From IMG/VR virus record IMGVR_UViG_3300036715_002134, positions 1 to 32,525 of that record: a stretch of DNA of 32,525 bases; one strand, given 5' to 3'. Below, one piece after another: positions 8,567 to 17,561 of this stretch (the stretch's first letter is position 1; every line of letters begins with the position of its first letter). The DNA comes from a virus. Its lineage: Duplodnaviria > Caudoviricetes. Made by a program: the position numbers and the translations under genes. The notes under the pieces are model-generated. The model was not told where the DNA came from, made no database searches, and worked only from the letters and a program-made list of their open reading frames with translations.

Positions 8567-8917
8567 ATGTTCGCGAGGAAGACTGTTATTAACCCATACG
8601 ATGCGAATACGAACGTCGCCGTAGACATGCTGCTTGACGCTGGTTTCAAAATCGAGTACGTTGGTCCCGAAAACGAAACCTCACAATGGGAAAAGATAAT
8701 GAGTCGGGCTGTTACGGCCGGCAATTTTCACGGAAGAATATTTGGCGGCAGTAGATCCGCCGCCCTCAATGAACTTTCTCGTATTTGGTATTTTTTTGAC
8801 TTGCCCACCTCGCGGCACGCTTCAATATTAGAAGTCAACACTGAACGTTTATTTAAAGAACTCGAAACAAGGACAGAACCCTACTCAAAAATATGGCAAC
8901 TCAACCTGAATGGATGA
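8567..8917 (+). CDS. Hypothetical protein
   Basis: ORF between rtcB and the AAA gene; ATGA coupling to the next gene. Confidence 0.55.
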   Translation: MFARKTVINPYDANTNVAVDMLLDAGFKIEYVGPENETSQWEKIMSRAVTAGNFHGRIFGGSRSAALNELSRIWYFFDLPTSRHASILEVNTERLFKELETRTEPYSKIWQLNLNG

Positions 8918-10236
8918 AAGAATTCGTACCCACAGATTTTGCTTTTGAATATGCGACTTCTGAACTTCCGCTTAAAAAGGCCGTTAATCGTGTGATTGAG
9001 GCAAGGGGTGGCGTAGCTACCGTTGTTCGGTTTGGTAATGAAGTAGGCACTTTAGATAAAAAGGTGTTTAAGGCCGCTCTCAAGCCTGAACTCAGCAGCC
9101 CCGAAGAAGTTATTAAGACTGTAGAAAGCGTCGGGCTGCACGTCCTTAGTGTTTGGACTAATAAGTTCATCCAAATGTCAATTGTGGACGACCTTGCTAA
9201 AAAGAATCCGAACACAATCGTCGAACCATTTGACGATTCGGACACGGGCCATGACGACTTTGCCATTTACGCGATGGCCGTCCACCCTGAATTCCCTGAG
9301 ATTTACGTAATCAATAACACTGACATTAAAGTCGACTTCGATGCGGCTAGAACCAGCGAAGTTACGAAAATCGTACATGAGTTAGACTCTAAGCTCATGT
9401 GCATGAAGGAGCTTGAGATTGAAGTTCAAAGCGGCCAAATCTATACGATGGTGCCTACCCAGAACGGCCCCCAATTCATGTCGATTGGCAGAGCTTCTAT
9501 CCCACTCGAAAGGGGTAACTATGAGCCGGAAACCATCGAGCTTTACGATAGAATGGTTGAGGAACTCAATTCACATAATCCTCGTGGGCGCCTTTCGATT
9601 CTGAATGGTCCTCCCGGGACCGGAAAGACGCATATGGTCCAAGCCCTGTTGAACGATATTGAGTTCGGATATATTGTTCTTGTTCCCCACAACGATATCC
9701 GCTCTGTTTCCGAGCCAGAAGGTGTAATGGCCATGCTCAAGCTCAAGAAGGGTAGCGAAAGCCCAATCGTTCTGATTGTGGAAGATGGCGATGACGCAGT
9801 TGCTCCCCGCGAAGAGGGCGGAACTAGTATGGTTACGGCCCTGCTTAATGTGGGTGACGGAATTGTCGGTAAGATGCTCAATGTTCGGGTTGTCGTAACT
9901 ACTAACCGCGAGCACCAGAACTTCGACAGGGCCGTTCTTCGCCCCGGTCGTCTGTCAACCCAAATCAATGTTGGGCCTCTTTCTGGAAAGACTGCCAGTG
10001 CCGTCTTCAAGAGACTTACCGGCAAGACCGAAAAGCTTGCTGTAATGACGATTGCCGAGGTTTACCAGATGGCTTTTGACTCTGGATGGGCTGCCCCGGC
10101 AAAAACTCAGAAGAGTAAGATGGGTTTTACTTCGGGAGCGAGAGAGGAACTGATTAATTCGCTTGACACGAGCGACCATCAGGGCAATGGCGTACGGAAT
10201 TCTGTCCCCGGAGTTTTGGGCGACAAGACTGAATAA
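8893..10236 (+). CDS. Single-module AAA+ ATPase (BCS1-like Walker B); start may be 8914
   Basis: GPPGTGKT Walker A, LIVEDGD Walker B, VVTTN sensor 1, DRAVLRPGRL second region of homology. Confidence 0.9.
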   Translation: MATQPEWMKEFVPTDFAFEYATSELPLKKAVNRVIEARGGVATVVRFGNEVGTLDKKVFKAALKPELSSPEEVIKTVESVGLHVLSVWTNKFIQMSIVDDLAKKNPNTIVEPFDDSDTGHDDFAIYAMAVHPEFPEIYVINNTDIKVDFDAARTSEVTKIVHELDSKLMCMKELEIEVQSGQIYTMVPTQNGPQFMSIGRASIPLERGNYEPETIELYDRMVEELNSHNPRGRLSILNGPPGTGKTHMVQALLNDIEFGYIVLVPHNDIRSVSEPEGVMAMLKLKKGSESPIVLIVEDGDDAVAPREEGGTSMVTALLNVGDGIVGKMLNVRVVVTTNREHQNFDRAVLRPGRLSTQINVGPLSGKTASAVFKRLTGKTEKLAVMTIAEVYQMAFDSGWAAPAKTQKSKMGFTSGAREELINSLDTSDHQGNGVRNSVPGVLGDKTE

Positions 10237-10237
10237 C

Positions 10238-10537
10238 TTAAGCTGATTGCGAAGGCGGCTGGGTCGAATCTGACTCGGCCGCCTTTTGGTGTGCAGCAAA
10301 CACGTCTGGGTGGATTTTTGTTCCCATCCACTTGACAGCCGCGTTCCCACCCGTATAAATGGTGGTAGCCGCCAAAAGACTCGTGCAATACTGGGCGTAT
10401 ATCGCAGCCAGCCCTGGCCACACCACAACCGCCAAATAGCCCAAAGCCATCAGCAAGATGACGAAGTACGTCATCCACATCTTGCGAGACCTGAAGCCAT
10501 TGTCAAGGTATAGGGTGCGCATTAGCCACTTACCCAA
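10238..10537 (-). CDS. Two-TM membrane protein, holin-like
   Basis: FRSRK followed by two hydrophobic helices and YTGGNAAVK; on the late strand. Confidence 0.6.
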   Translation of the reverse strand: MGKWLMRTLYLDNGFRSRKMWMTYFVILLMALGYLAVVVWPGLAAIYAQYCTSLLAATTIYTGGNAAVKWMGTKIHPDVFAAHQKAAESDSTQPPSQSA

Positions 10538-10917
10538 GCGATAAATAGCTCTACGCCCTTGGTCACAAAAACACCAGCACCAGCAAGTAGAACGCCAACA
10601 GCCACCTTCTTTGCGGTGGCGTGACGCTCTACTCGGCTTTTAGTAATGTCTGCAACGTAACTTTCAAGGGGCAGTAGTCGAGCCGAGTGAGACTTAATAT
10701 TACTCTCGTGCGATTCGATTTTTTCGTGCAACGACGCAAATCCGTCATCAAGACGCTTTACTAGGTCTGTGCGGTGCTCTTGTAGGTCGTCACGAATGTG
10801 GGTCTGTGTAGTAGCCACTTCGGCCAATCTTACAGACACGTCCTGAGTGGTTGTCTCTAGGCGCTGTAGTCGGTCTTCGTGGCCAGACAACTGGCTCTGA
10901 ACGGCATCTTCACTCAT
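10522..10917 (-). CDS. Coiled-coil protein with a C-terminal TM helix (XhlA-like, lysis-associated)
   Basis: HEDRLQRLE heptads; C-terminal hydrophobic helix; TAATCT-7nt-ATG. Confidence 0.65.
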   Translation of the reverse strand: MSEDAVQSQLSGHEDRLQRLETTTQDVSVRLAEVATTQTHIRDDLQEHRTDLVKRLDDGFASLHEKIESHESNIKSHSARLLPLESYVADITKSRVERHATAKKVAVGVLLAGAGVFVTKGVELFIAWVSG

Positions 10918-10924
10918 GCAATTA

Positions 10925-10930
10925 AGATTA
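10925..10930 (-). promoter_or_regulatory. TAATCT putative late promoter, 7 nt before ATG
   Basis: TAATCT-TAATTGC-ATG; the TAA here is not an upstream stop codon. Confidence 0.7.
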
Positions 10931-10934
10931 TTGC

Positions 10935-11288
10935 TTATTGGTTGTCCAGAACCATTCCGGCAACGAGGTCAGGAATCGTGTCAAAAAACTTCATCGACTT
11001 GGAGGCCCCCGTAAAGTACCCGAGTTCACCGTACTTCATTGGGCAGTCTAAGTCTTCGAGAACGTAGACCATACGTCCGTAAGCCATCGAAGCCCCTGAC
11101 ACAAAGTTACTCAAAATATTTGTCGCCTTAAGAGCAATGGCTTCTGACTTCAAAACCTCTTCCCAAATGGCAGTGACACGCTTGTCGTCATCAGGGTTGA
11201 CATTAATCAAATCCTTAACGCTAACCGCTTCGTGTCCAAGGGCCGTTAAAGCTTGACTAATTTCTTCTGAATTAGTAAGAACTCGCAT
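10935..11288 (-). CDS. Hypothetical protein
   Basis: TAATG coupling with the upstream ORF. Confidence 0.65.
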   Translation of the reverse strand: MRVLTNSEEISQALTALGHEAVSVKDLINVNPDDDKRVTAIWEEVLKSEAIALKATNILSNFVSGASMAYGRMVYVLEDLDCPMKYGELGYFTGASKSMKFFDTIPDLVAGMVLDNQ

Positions 11289-11608
11289 TAAATGTTCTCG
11301 GTACGACCGACAAAAACCTTGCCGTCAATACGAAGAACTACCTCGCTAGCAAGAGGGCACGCCTTGGCAAAATCAACAGCAAGCTCACTGTGGTCAAGGT
11401 CTTCTTGAGTGGAGTCTTCCTTCTGGTGAGGAAGTTCGTGGCCAGCAATACGTGGAGGGGTCGGGGAATTACCTTGAAAGTGCATGACGCACTTATACAT
11501 CTTTCTTTCTGGCTTGGCAAGAGGTCTTTGGGCTGGTACTATCTGAAAAATGCAAAACTCAATTTTAAGCTTTTTGTGCCTACTTGCGACCTCTTCTGCT
11601 CTACTCAA
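11288..11608 (-). CDS. Hypothetical protein (start uncertain)
   Basis: ORF coupled to the downstream gene; TTG start. Confidence 0.55.
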   Translation of the reverse strand: MSRAEEVASRHKKLKIEFCIFQIVPAQRPLAKPERKMYKCVMHFQGNSPTPPRIAGHELPHQKEDSTQEDLDHSELAVDFAKACPLASEVVLRIDGKVFVGRTENI

Positions 11609-11835
11609 GACTCACTCACTTGCGCTAGAATATTTATCGAAGAGGTTCGCTAAGGATGCTATTTCTCAGATGGACCAGATTTTGTTCCCGTCTGCCCTTG
11701 CCGTAGATATTGTCCGTCAGCAACTTGTCAATAGAGCTAGACAACTTATTTGGACGGCTTTTTGTGGTACCTTAGCGAACGTAATTGTTGCGTCATTTCT
11801 TTTGAAATTTTTTGACTACCTTATTTCGGGCCCCT

Positions 11836-11870
11836 AAAACAAAACCCCAGCCCTTTGCAGGACTAGGGTT
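11836..11870 (-). terminator. Rho-independent terminator after the tail tube gene
   Basis: AACCCUAGUCCU-GCAA-AGGGCUGGGGUU stem with a GNRA loop and G-U pairs, followed by UUGUUUU. Confidence 0.9.
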
Positions 11871-11891
11871 AGTTCGAGGATTAATTCGATA

Positions 11892-12365
11892 TTAAGGCAG
11901 CTTGGCCGCGTCAGCACGCTCCGCAAGAACAGTGTCTTCGTCATCGACAAGTAGGCCAATGTAGTTGACGCTAATTTCTTCGATATTGCGGGCATTCAAC
12001 GACGTCGAATAGGAAACGGGGCGCACAGAGTGGAACTTGGCGATTTCTCGATTTGATTGACGGTCACTTACCGAAATGGTAAGGTATTCGTGAGTCAATA
12101 AGTCACGAACGTTGGGCATCTTCGCCAACCGGTGGGCACCAGCACCAACCACACGGAAGCCGCTGCAAGAAATCGAAACGGGCTCTTGAGCGGTGTAGAC
12201 AGTTTCGTCAGGACCCATACGACCCAAGATGAAAACGGGCTGAACGTCATAGCTAAGACCCCAACTAATTTGGCTAAAAATGCCAATTAACTGCGGAATA
12301 CCAGTATTTGGGTCAGCGATAAATACCTTGGCACGGGCGCCGTGCATTACTTTGCTTGCAGCCAT
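11892..12365 (-). CDS. Tail tube protein
   Basis: 157 aa, beta-rich, directly after the sheath gene; AGGAG SD; followed by a terminator. Confidence 0.8.
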   Translation of the reverse strand: MAASKVMHGARAKVFIADPNTGIPQLIGIFSQISWGLSYDVQPVFILGRMGPDETVYTAQEPVSISCSGFRVVGAGAHRLAKMPNVRDLLTHEYLTISVSDRQSNREIAKFHSVRPVSYSTSLNARNIEEISVNYIGLLVDDEDTVLAERADAAKLP

Positions 12366-12380
12366 TTTATTTTCTCCTAA

Positions 12381-14927
12381 TTAAGCGCTCTGGGTGACTT
12401 GGGTAATTGCGAAGTTGAGGACGATGTAGTCAAGAGTCGAACTTAGCTTGATTTCGACTGAAATTACCATTACGTTGCCGACAATCTTTACGCTCAGGCT
12501 CTTGTAGCCCTTAGGAGCGTCATCCGAAACAGACAAGAGCTTCTGGCGCAGGTAGTTTGCCAGCAAACCTTCCATGTATGTACGACCCAAGCTCGCTGAA
12601 ATATCAGCAGTAGACTGACCAACGAATGCCGCCTGAAGCTTCTGGGCAGCGTCCACAGATACGAGGTCGGCGTTGTAGACGGCCTGCAACGAGTTAAAGA
12701 CGAACCCACCAGTGTCGCCAGTCTTACCGTAGGAAGTCTGGTCACTTACCCACGCCCAGCCGCCACCATTAGGTACAGGGCGAGCAACCATTAGGCCGGC
12801 AAGACAAGCTGCGTCAACCTGACCGTCAGACCTAGAGTTAAAGTCACCCACACGGCTAACTAGCCCACTGGTGTTAATGGTCTTGCCTTCGATTGAGCGA
12901 TAGAAGCCGATAGCCTGCATGGCAGCTGCCTTCGTGGCAGTCATCCAAGGAAGAAACTGTACTGGGTTACCAGCCGAGTCAGTCCAGCGGTCGTCCTGAA
13001 TCACAACGTTATTACGGAAAAACGCGATGTTCTGAGCAAGAGCCTGCGAAAGAGCAAAGGTCGAAGCGATAGAGACAATGCCTTGACGGTTACGGGCACG
13101 TTTTACGTTCGAGACAGCGATGCAGTGGTTCTTGACAGCCGTAGTTACACCAGTTAGAGTGTAAGTGCTAGTCGAGTCAGTTAGGCCGTCGCTGATATCC
13201 GAGGTCGCATCACGGCTAAATAGAGGCACAACGAAGTTACCGCGCGCGTTTTCGAGAGCAGCCAATCCAGCCACTACGGAAGTGTCTGAAGTTCCACCGC
13301 GAGAGCCACCAGTCAAGAAACTCTGAGCGGCCATCACGTCAGGGAGACCGGCACCCGCACGAGCGACCGTTGTAGTTCCAAGCTGGAGAAGATTTGAGGC
13401 CGAAATAGCGCTAAAGAGGCGGTAAGCGTCAATCTTAATGCGGCAGTTGCCAGCACCCCAGTTGCTACCAATACCTACCGCAGTTACGCGGTCAAGAGCG
13501 GAAGGAGGTAGAGTGCCAAGGGCACCGTTACCAACCGCACACACATAACCGGTTTGAGCGTTAATAAAGTCGGCAAGAGCCTGGATGGTAGGGAAATCTG
13601 CCAGACTTAGCGTAAGAGCAGCGCCTGTACCGCCAGTCACTGTCGTTGTTAGCTGAGTGGCAGAAATAGTGACAGTTGAAGTAGTCACGGCGTTTGTGGT
13701 AAGATACGAGAGCTTGAGAGCTACTTCGCCACCAACAGTTAGACTCTCCGAAACAGAGTCGATAGCACGACTATCCGCAAGAGTTACCTTGTACTCTGCG
13801 GCTGCTGAAACGATTTGGGGAGCACCAGTCTTACTTACCCACGAAACCGGAGAAGTAGAAAGGGCAAAAGCGCAACGAGACAGCAGGTCGGCACCAGCAA
13901 GTTCAACGATTTCAAGTGTCTTGCCGAGACCGTCAACAACCGTACTCGCTACCGCCGAAATCGAGATGGGGGCATAAGCGACAATATCGGTAACGGCCGC
14001 AAGAGCGGTAGTCACAATCGCTACAGGGGCAGTAATTACACCGGCCACAGGAGAAGGAGTTACCTTACCAGCATCTGACAACTTAGTCATGGTGATGGTG
14101 GTGGTTGTCGAAGCAGTTACAACATAGCAACCCACGTTCTGCTGACTGGCACCCGCAATGTTAGCTGGCGCACTAGCAGGAATCATTACAGTGTCCCCAA
14201 CGCTCGGCGTAACGTCCCAAGAGAAGTTGGTTGCGGTCAAAATAAGACCGTTCGTGCCGTTTAGAGCACCTGAAACGCTGCGAGAGGCAAAAGATGCAAG
14301 CGTGCCGCGAGAAGTGCCACCTGCTGAGACAAGACCGGCCAGACCACCAAATGTGGTTACGGCAGCGCTTGGAGTAGCAGAAGCAGCAATAGTAGTGCCA
14401 AGAGGCAAGCCACCGTTAAGACGCACCGCGTAAGTTACGACTCCTACAGGAGGAATCCAAGTAAACAAACCAGTAGTAGGAGCAGACTCGGCTTGTGCCG
14501 AAGTCGTCTGGTAGGCGATTAGGTTGCCGATTTTACCGTACGACTTATCGGCAAGAGTAGCGTAAGTGCCGCCACCAATCTTAGGAAGAGCACCTGAAGC
14601 CTTGACACCAACGTTTGTCTTAACTAGAATGGCACCGCCAATAGAACCGACAAGCTCAGGGTCGGTGCTAGGCGAAACAGCACCACGGAAGGCGTCTACT
14701 AGAGGGCCAGACTTGTACTTAGCCACAACGTCAGACAGTTGGTCAGGACCAAAGAAATTGGATTCAATGTCTGACTCAAGAGTTACGTCCTGCCCCGCGT
14801 CGGCCTCACCGACAAGCATAAGAATGCCATTGGCCGTAAGGCCAGTAGGTAGAGACTGTACAGTATAACGGCTAACTGCCGTGGGGGTAATTAGTGTTCC
14901 GCCGTCGAAAGTGAATGACTTAGCCAT
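12381..14927 (-). CDS. Contractile tail sheath protein (848 aa)
   Basis: GILMLVGEADAG N-terminus, LTGGSRGG, C-terminal VEIKLSSTLDYIVLNFAI; sheath-tube gene order; GAGG SD. Confidence 0.85.
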   Translation of the reverse strand: MAKSFTFDGGTLITPTAVSRYTVQSLPTGLTANGILMLVGEADAGQDVTLESDIESNFFGPDQLSDVVAKYKSGPLVDAFRGAVSPSTDPELVGSIGGAILVKTNVGVKASGALPKIGGGTYATLADKSYGKIGNLIAYQTTSAQAESAPTTGLFTWIPPVGVVTYAVRLNGGLPLGTTIAASATPSAAVTTFGGLAGLVSAGGTSRGTLASFASRSVSGALNGTNGLILTATNFSWDVTPSVGDTVMIPASAPANIAGASQQNVGCYVVTASTTTTITMTKLSDAGKVTPSPVAGVITAPVAIVTTALAAVTDIVAYAPISISAVASTVVDGLGKTLEIVELAGADLLSRCAFALSTSPVSWVSKTGAPQIVSAAAEYKVTLADSRAIDSVSESLTVGGEVALKLSYLTTNAVTTSTVTISATQLTTTVTGGTGAALTLSLADFPTIQALADFINAQTGYVCAVGNGALGTLPPSALDRVTAVGIGSNWGAGNCRIKIDAYRLFSAISASNLLQLGTTTVARAGAGLPDVMAAQSFLTGGSRGGTSDTSVVAGLAALENARGNFVVPLFSRDATSDISDGLTDSTSTYTLTGVTTAVKNHCIAVSNVKRARNRQGIVSIASTFALSQALAQNIAFFRNNVVIQDDRWTDSAGNPVQFLPWMTATKAAAMQAIGFYRSIEGKTINTSGLVSRVGDFNSRSDGQVDAACLAGLMVARPVPNGGGWAWVSDQTSYGKTGDTGGFVFNSLQAVYNADLVSVDAAQKLQAAFVGQSTADISASLGRTYMEGLLANYLRQKLLSVSDDAPKGYKSLSVKIVGNVMVISVEIKLSSTLDYIVLNFAITQVTQSA

Positions 14928-14947
14928 TATTTAATCCTCAAAAAGCG

Positions 14948-14953
14948 AGATTA
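14948..14953 (-). promoter_or_regulatory. TAATCT putative late promoter, leadered type
   Basis: 20 nt before the sheath ATG with a GAGG SD in between; the TAA is the upstream stop. Confidence 0.65.
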
Positions 14954-16444
14954 CTTCTTTCCAAGCAATTTACCAAAAATGCCCGGCTTAGAAGCCGGAG
15001 CCTTGGGAGTAATTCCCGCAGCCTTGGGCGAAGCCAGCGCAGGAGTCGGCTTTTTATCAAGTTCAAGCCCACTTACTACAGGAGCCTTCGGAGTAAATGC
15101 CCCAGCCGCAGCTGCGCTAAAATCGGCTGCGCGGTCAGCGTGTTGGGCAGGAGAAGGAAGCTTTACCTTAGGGGCCGCAGGAGCCGGAGCACCCATATTG
15201 TTGCGCAGGGCGATATCGGCCATAACACCCTTACCGAGAGGTTTTACTGCGAGCTTAGGTAGCTTAGGCTTGACCTTAGCGGACTTATCGAGACCAGCAG
15301 TAATTCCGGCTTCAGTACCGGGAGCGGATTCCATAACGTCCTTCGACATAGGAACAGAAGCTCCCATGTTTTTCCCAGAGGGAGGCTTAGCCATAGGAGG
15401 CTCGGCCTTCTTGACGATTTGTCCTCCAGAGCCCGGCGCCGAAACTTCCTTTGAGCCGTCATCAGGCATAGTGGCCGAAGGATTATTTCCAACACTGATG
15501 TGTTTGCCCTTAGAGTCAACCATTTCGGCTTTCATGGCTCTGCACTTGTCGAGCTTGTGACCCTTTTTGCCGCAGTTAAGGCAAAGTTCGTCTTTATTCA
15601 TTGCGTCATCAAGAACGTCAGCGGGCGACCTTTCGCCAGAAGTTTCTTCGCCCGGAGTATCTTCCATAGGGCGACCCTTACCGAGCATGGCTGCGCCAGA
15701 AATGTCCTCAGCACCAGAACCAGCAGAAGTGCCAGTGACATGACGATGAGGAGGAATAATAGTCTTCTTGAGTTCGGCTGTACGCCACTCTTTAATTTCA
15801 GCCTCAAACTTGGCGATTTTTTCGTCGCGAGTTTTGACTAGAATGGCTGCGACTTCCTCTGTAGAATAAGTTTTGTCGGTCACTTCATTGCTCCGTTCAT
15901 CAGTAGAGATTATGCTCTTTGTTACAGGAGCGGTTGAAACCTGTTCGGGCACCTTTGCTGCTGGGGAGGTAGGGTGCGTTTGAACGGGCCCTTGGTGGCG
16001 TGGGTCATGCTCAAAGTCAAAATTAATTCTGAAGTAGCCTTGATTTCCCGGAAGAGCAGTATAAAAGTCTTCAGGTGGAGATTCGAAATGCTCAAGAGGC
16101 TGTTGAGCAGGATGAGTCAGACGAGACTTGCCTTCGTGCTCACCATTAGTGTACAGAAGTTCGTGCTTTCCACCTTGAGAAAAAACTACCGAATCTTGGC
16201 CAAATAGCTTGCCTAAGTGGCGCATTTGCTCGCGAGAAGGGTTGTACACAATTGCACTACGCTCAGGCTCTCCATGGCGTCCATGAGTCTGGTCGTATTT
16301 GAGTCCCATTCCATCAAGGGCCTGAACTAGATTTTCGTGGTTTGCTTCGACTGAAGCTGGGTGCATCGGGGCTTCACCTGACATGAGGCCGAAACGACCT
16401 CCGGCAAAAATGTGGTGCCCTCGAAGGCGTTCAGGAATCGGCAT
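14951..16444 (-). CDS. Late protein: N-terminal SAM-lyase/DUF3293-like domain, CCHC zinc knuckle and Pro/Ala/Lys-rich tail; probable head-internal protein
   Basis: GLMSGE..N...L...L..G....G.HGEPERS.IV......LGKLFGQDSVVF pattern; CLNCGKKGHKLDKC; TAATCT-7nt-ATG. ORF is solid, domain calls are by eye. Confidence 0.7.
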   Translation of the reverse strand: MPIPERLRGHHIFAGGRFGLMSGEAPMHPASVEANHENLVQALDGMGLKYDQTHGRHGEPERSAIVYNPSREQMRHLGKLFGQDSVVFSQGGKHELLYTNGEHEGKSRLTHPAQQPLEHFESPPEDFYTALPGNQGYFRINFDFEHDPRHQGPVQTHPTSPAAKVPEQVSTAPVTKSIISTDERSNEVTDKTYSTEEVAAILVKTRDEKIAKFEAEIKEWRTAELKKTIIPPHRHVTGTSAGSGAEDISGAAMLGKGRPMEDTPGEETSGERSPADVLDDAMNKDELCLNCGKKGHKLDKCRAMKAEMVDSKGKHISVGNNPSATMPDDGSKEVSAPGSGGQIVKKAEPPMAKPPSGKNMGASVPMSKDVMESAPGTEAGITAGLDKSAKVKPKLPKLAVKPLGKGVMADIALRNNMGAPAPAAPKVKLPSPAQHADRAADFSAAAAGAFTPKAPVVSGLELDKKPTPALASPKAAGITPKAPASKPGIFGKLLGKK

Positions 16445-16451
16445 ATATCAG

Positions 16452-16457
16452 AGATTA
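16452..16457 (-). promoter_or_regulatory. TAATCT putative late promoter, 7 nt before ATG
   Basis: TAATCT-CTGATAT-ATG; the TAA is the upstream stop. Confidence 0.7.
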
Positions 16458-17561
16458 CTTAAGTTTATCCAGATTTCCAGACCACAATTGCGTATTCACG
16501 TCGACTCCGGTATAATCGCTCGATACGTCTATTCCATCGCCAGAGACTTGGAGACGAGCCTTAACGCCAGAAATCTTAGGAGTTACGAGCTTCGGCCAAG
16601 AGTGACGCACGTGGCCAGATAGATTAATATATCTAGAAAAGACGTGCTCTGTTTCGAATTGACCATCACGTTGGAAGTCTGTAGACTCAGTCGTTGAACG
16701 TTCAAACCCGCGCGCTTCAAGCAGGGCTTCCTTGTAGCGGTGCAAGGCAAAAATAACAATAGAGTGCAACCAAGTAAGCATGGCTGGCTCGGCGCCGACA
16801 TGAACTCCTACCCTATAACTTTCTCGATAAGAGCTTGACTCGATAGCAGTAATAAAAGCTGGTCGAGCGGGCTTGAGTACAGCTTTATTAAAATTAGCCA
16901 CTACCCCGACCGGAATTGTGAAAGACAAGTCGCCAGTAACAGTAAGAATTTCGTGACCTCGCCCCGCCGCATCTACCAAAAACATACCCGGGCACAGGGT
17001 CACAGTGTCAGGCAAGCTGTTAATAATTACTGACCCAGAAGAAGGTTTGTACGAAACAACTTTGAGGCCTGAAGTTAGTGCCGGCCAGTTCGAGTCGTTA
17101 TCTTCAAACGGTTGGTGGTGAGTATCTGCCGTGGTTGCTTCGGCTACTACTTCGCTACTTGATACCAAAGAAATTGTGATAGCAGGAACCTTTAACTCGT
17201 TCATTACCGGAACCATTAGTACCGGAATGTTCGTTGTCAAGAACCAGTTTTTAGCTGCGTCCAGAGAAGCCTGCCCGTACTGACGGTAGGTCAAAACGTC
17301 TTGCTTCAATGACGAGAAAACATAGTCGAGAACCCAAGGATTAGCTCTCATGTCCATGAGAGCGGCTTCGATGGAAGAACGAATAATTACGTCCGACTGG
17401 AAAATGCCCTGAATAATAGTGGTTTCGGGCGGCAAAGGCAGAGAGAGAGCCTGTGACAAAACCGCTTGACCAACGTCTGGCAGAATAGGGATTGAAGCGG
17501 CTACGGCTGCCTGTGCCGCAAAAGGAGAAATCATTCCCCTTGTCAAGAGGGCGACTGTCAT
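16455..17561 (-). CDS. Virion structural protein, possibly tail terminator or neck
   Basis: Lies upstream of the sheath; VPAITISLVSSSE strand and an alpha/beta C-terminal half typical of tail-completion proteins. Confidence 0.55.
   Translation of the reverse strand: MTVALLTRGMISPFAAQAAVAASIPILPDVGQAVLSQALSLPLPPETTIIQGIFQSDVIIRSSIEAALMDMRANPWVLDYVFSSLKQDVLTYRQYGQASLDAAKNWFLTTNIPVLMVPVMNELKVPAITISLVSSSEVVAEATTADTHHQPFEDNDSNWPALTSGLKVVSYKPSSGSVIINSLPDTVTLCPGMFLVDAAGRGHEILTVTGDLSFTIPVGVVANFNKAVLKPARPAFITAIESSSYRESYRVGVHVGAEPAMLTWLHSIVIFALHRYKEALLEARGFERSTTESTDFQRDGQFETEHVFSRYINLSGHVRHSWPKLVTPKISGVKARLQVSGDGIDVSSDYTGVDVNTQLWSGNLDKLK

Noticed and set aside
11550-11837. + strand 95-aa ORF
   Set aside because: Overlaps a - strand gene, has no SD or promoter, and sits inside a late block; not called as a CDS, though not fully excluded
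11892-14927. Sheath and tube as a bacterial contractile injection system or tailocin
   Set aside because: Context is phage-like (dNMP kinase, PhoH, dense small ORFs, neck and holin-like genes) with no host housekeeping genes
13657-15841. Several long + strand ORFs opposite the sheath and the 497-aa gene
   Set aside because: Antisense shadows of Ala/Gly/Thr/Pro-rich genes, with no SD or motifs
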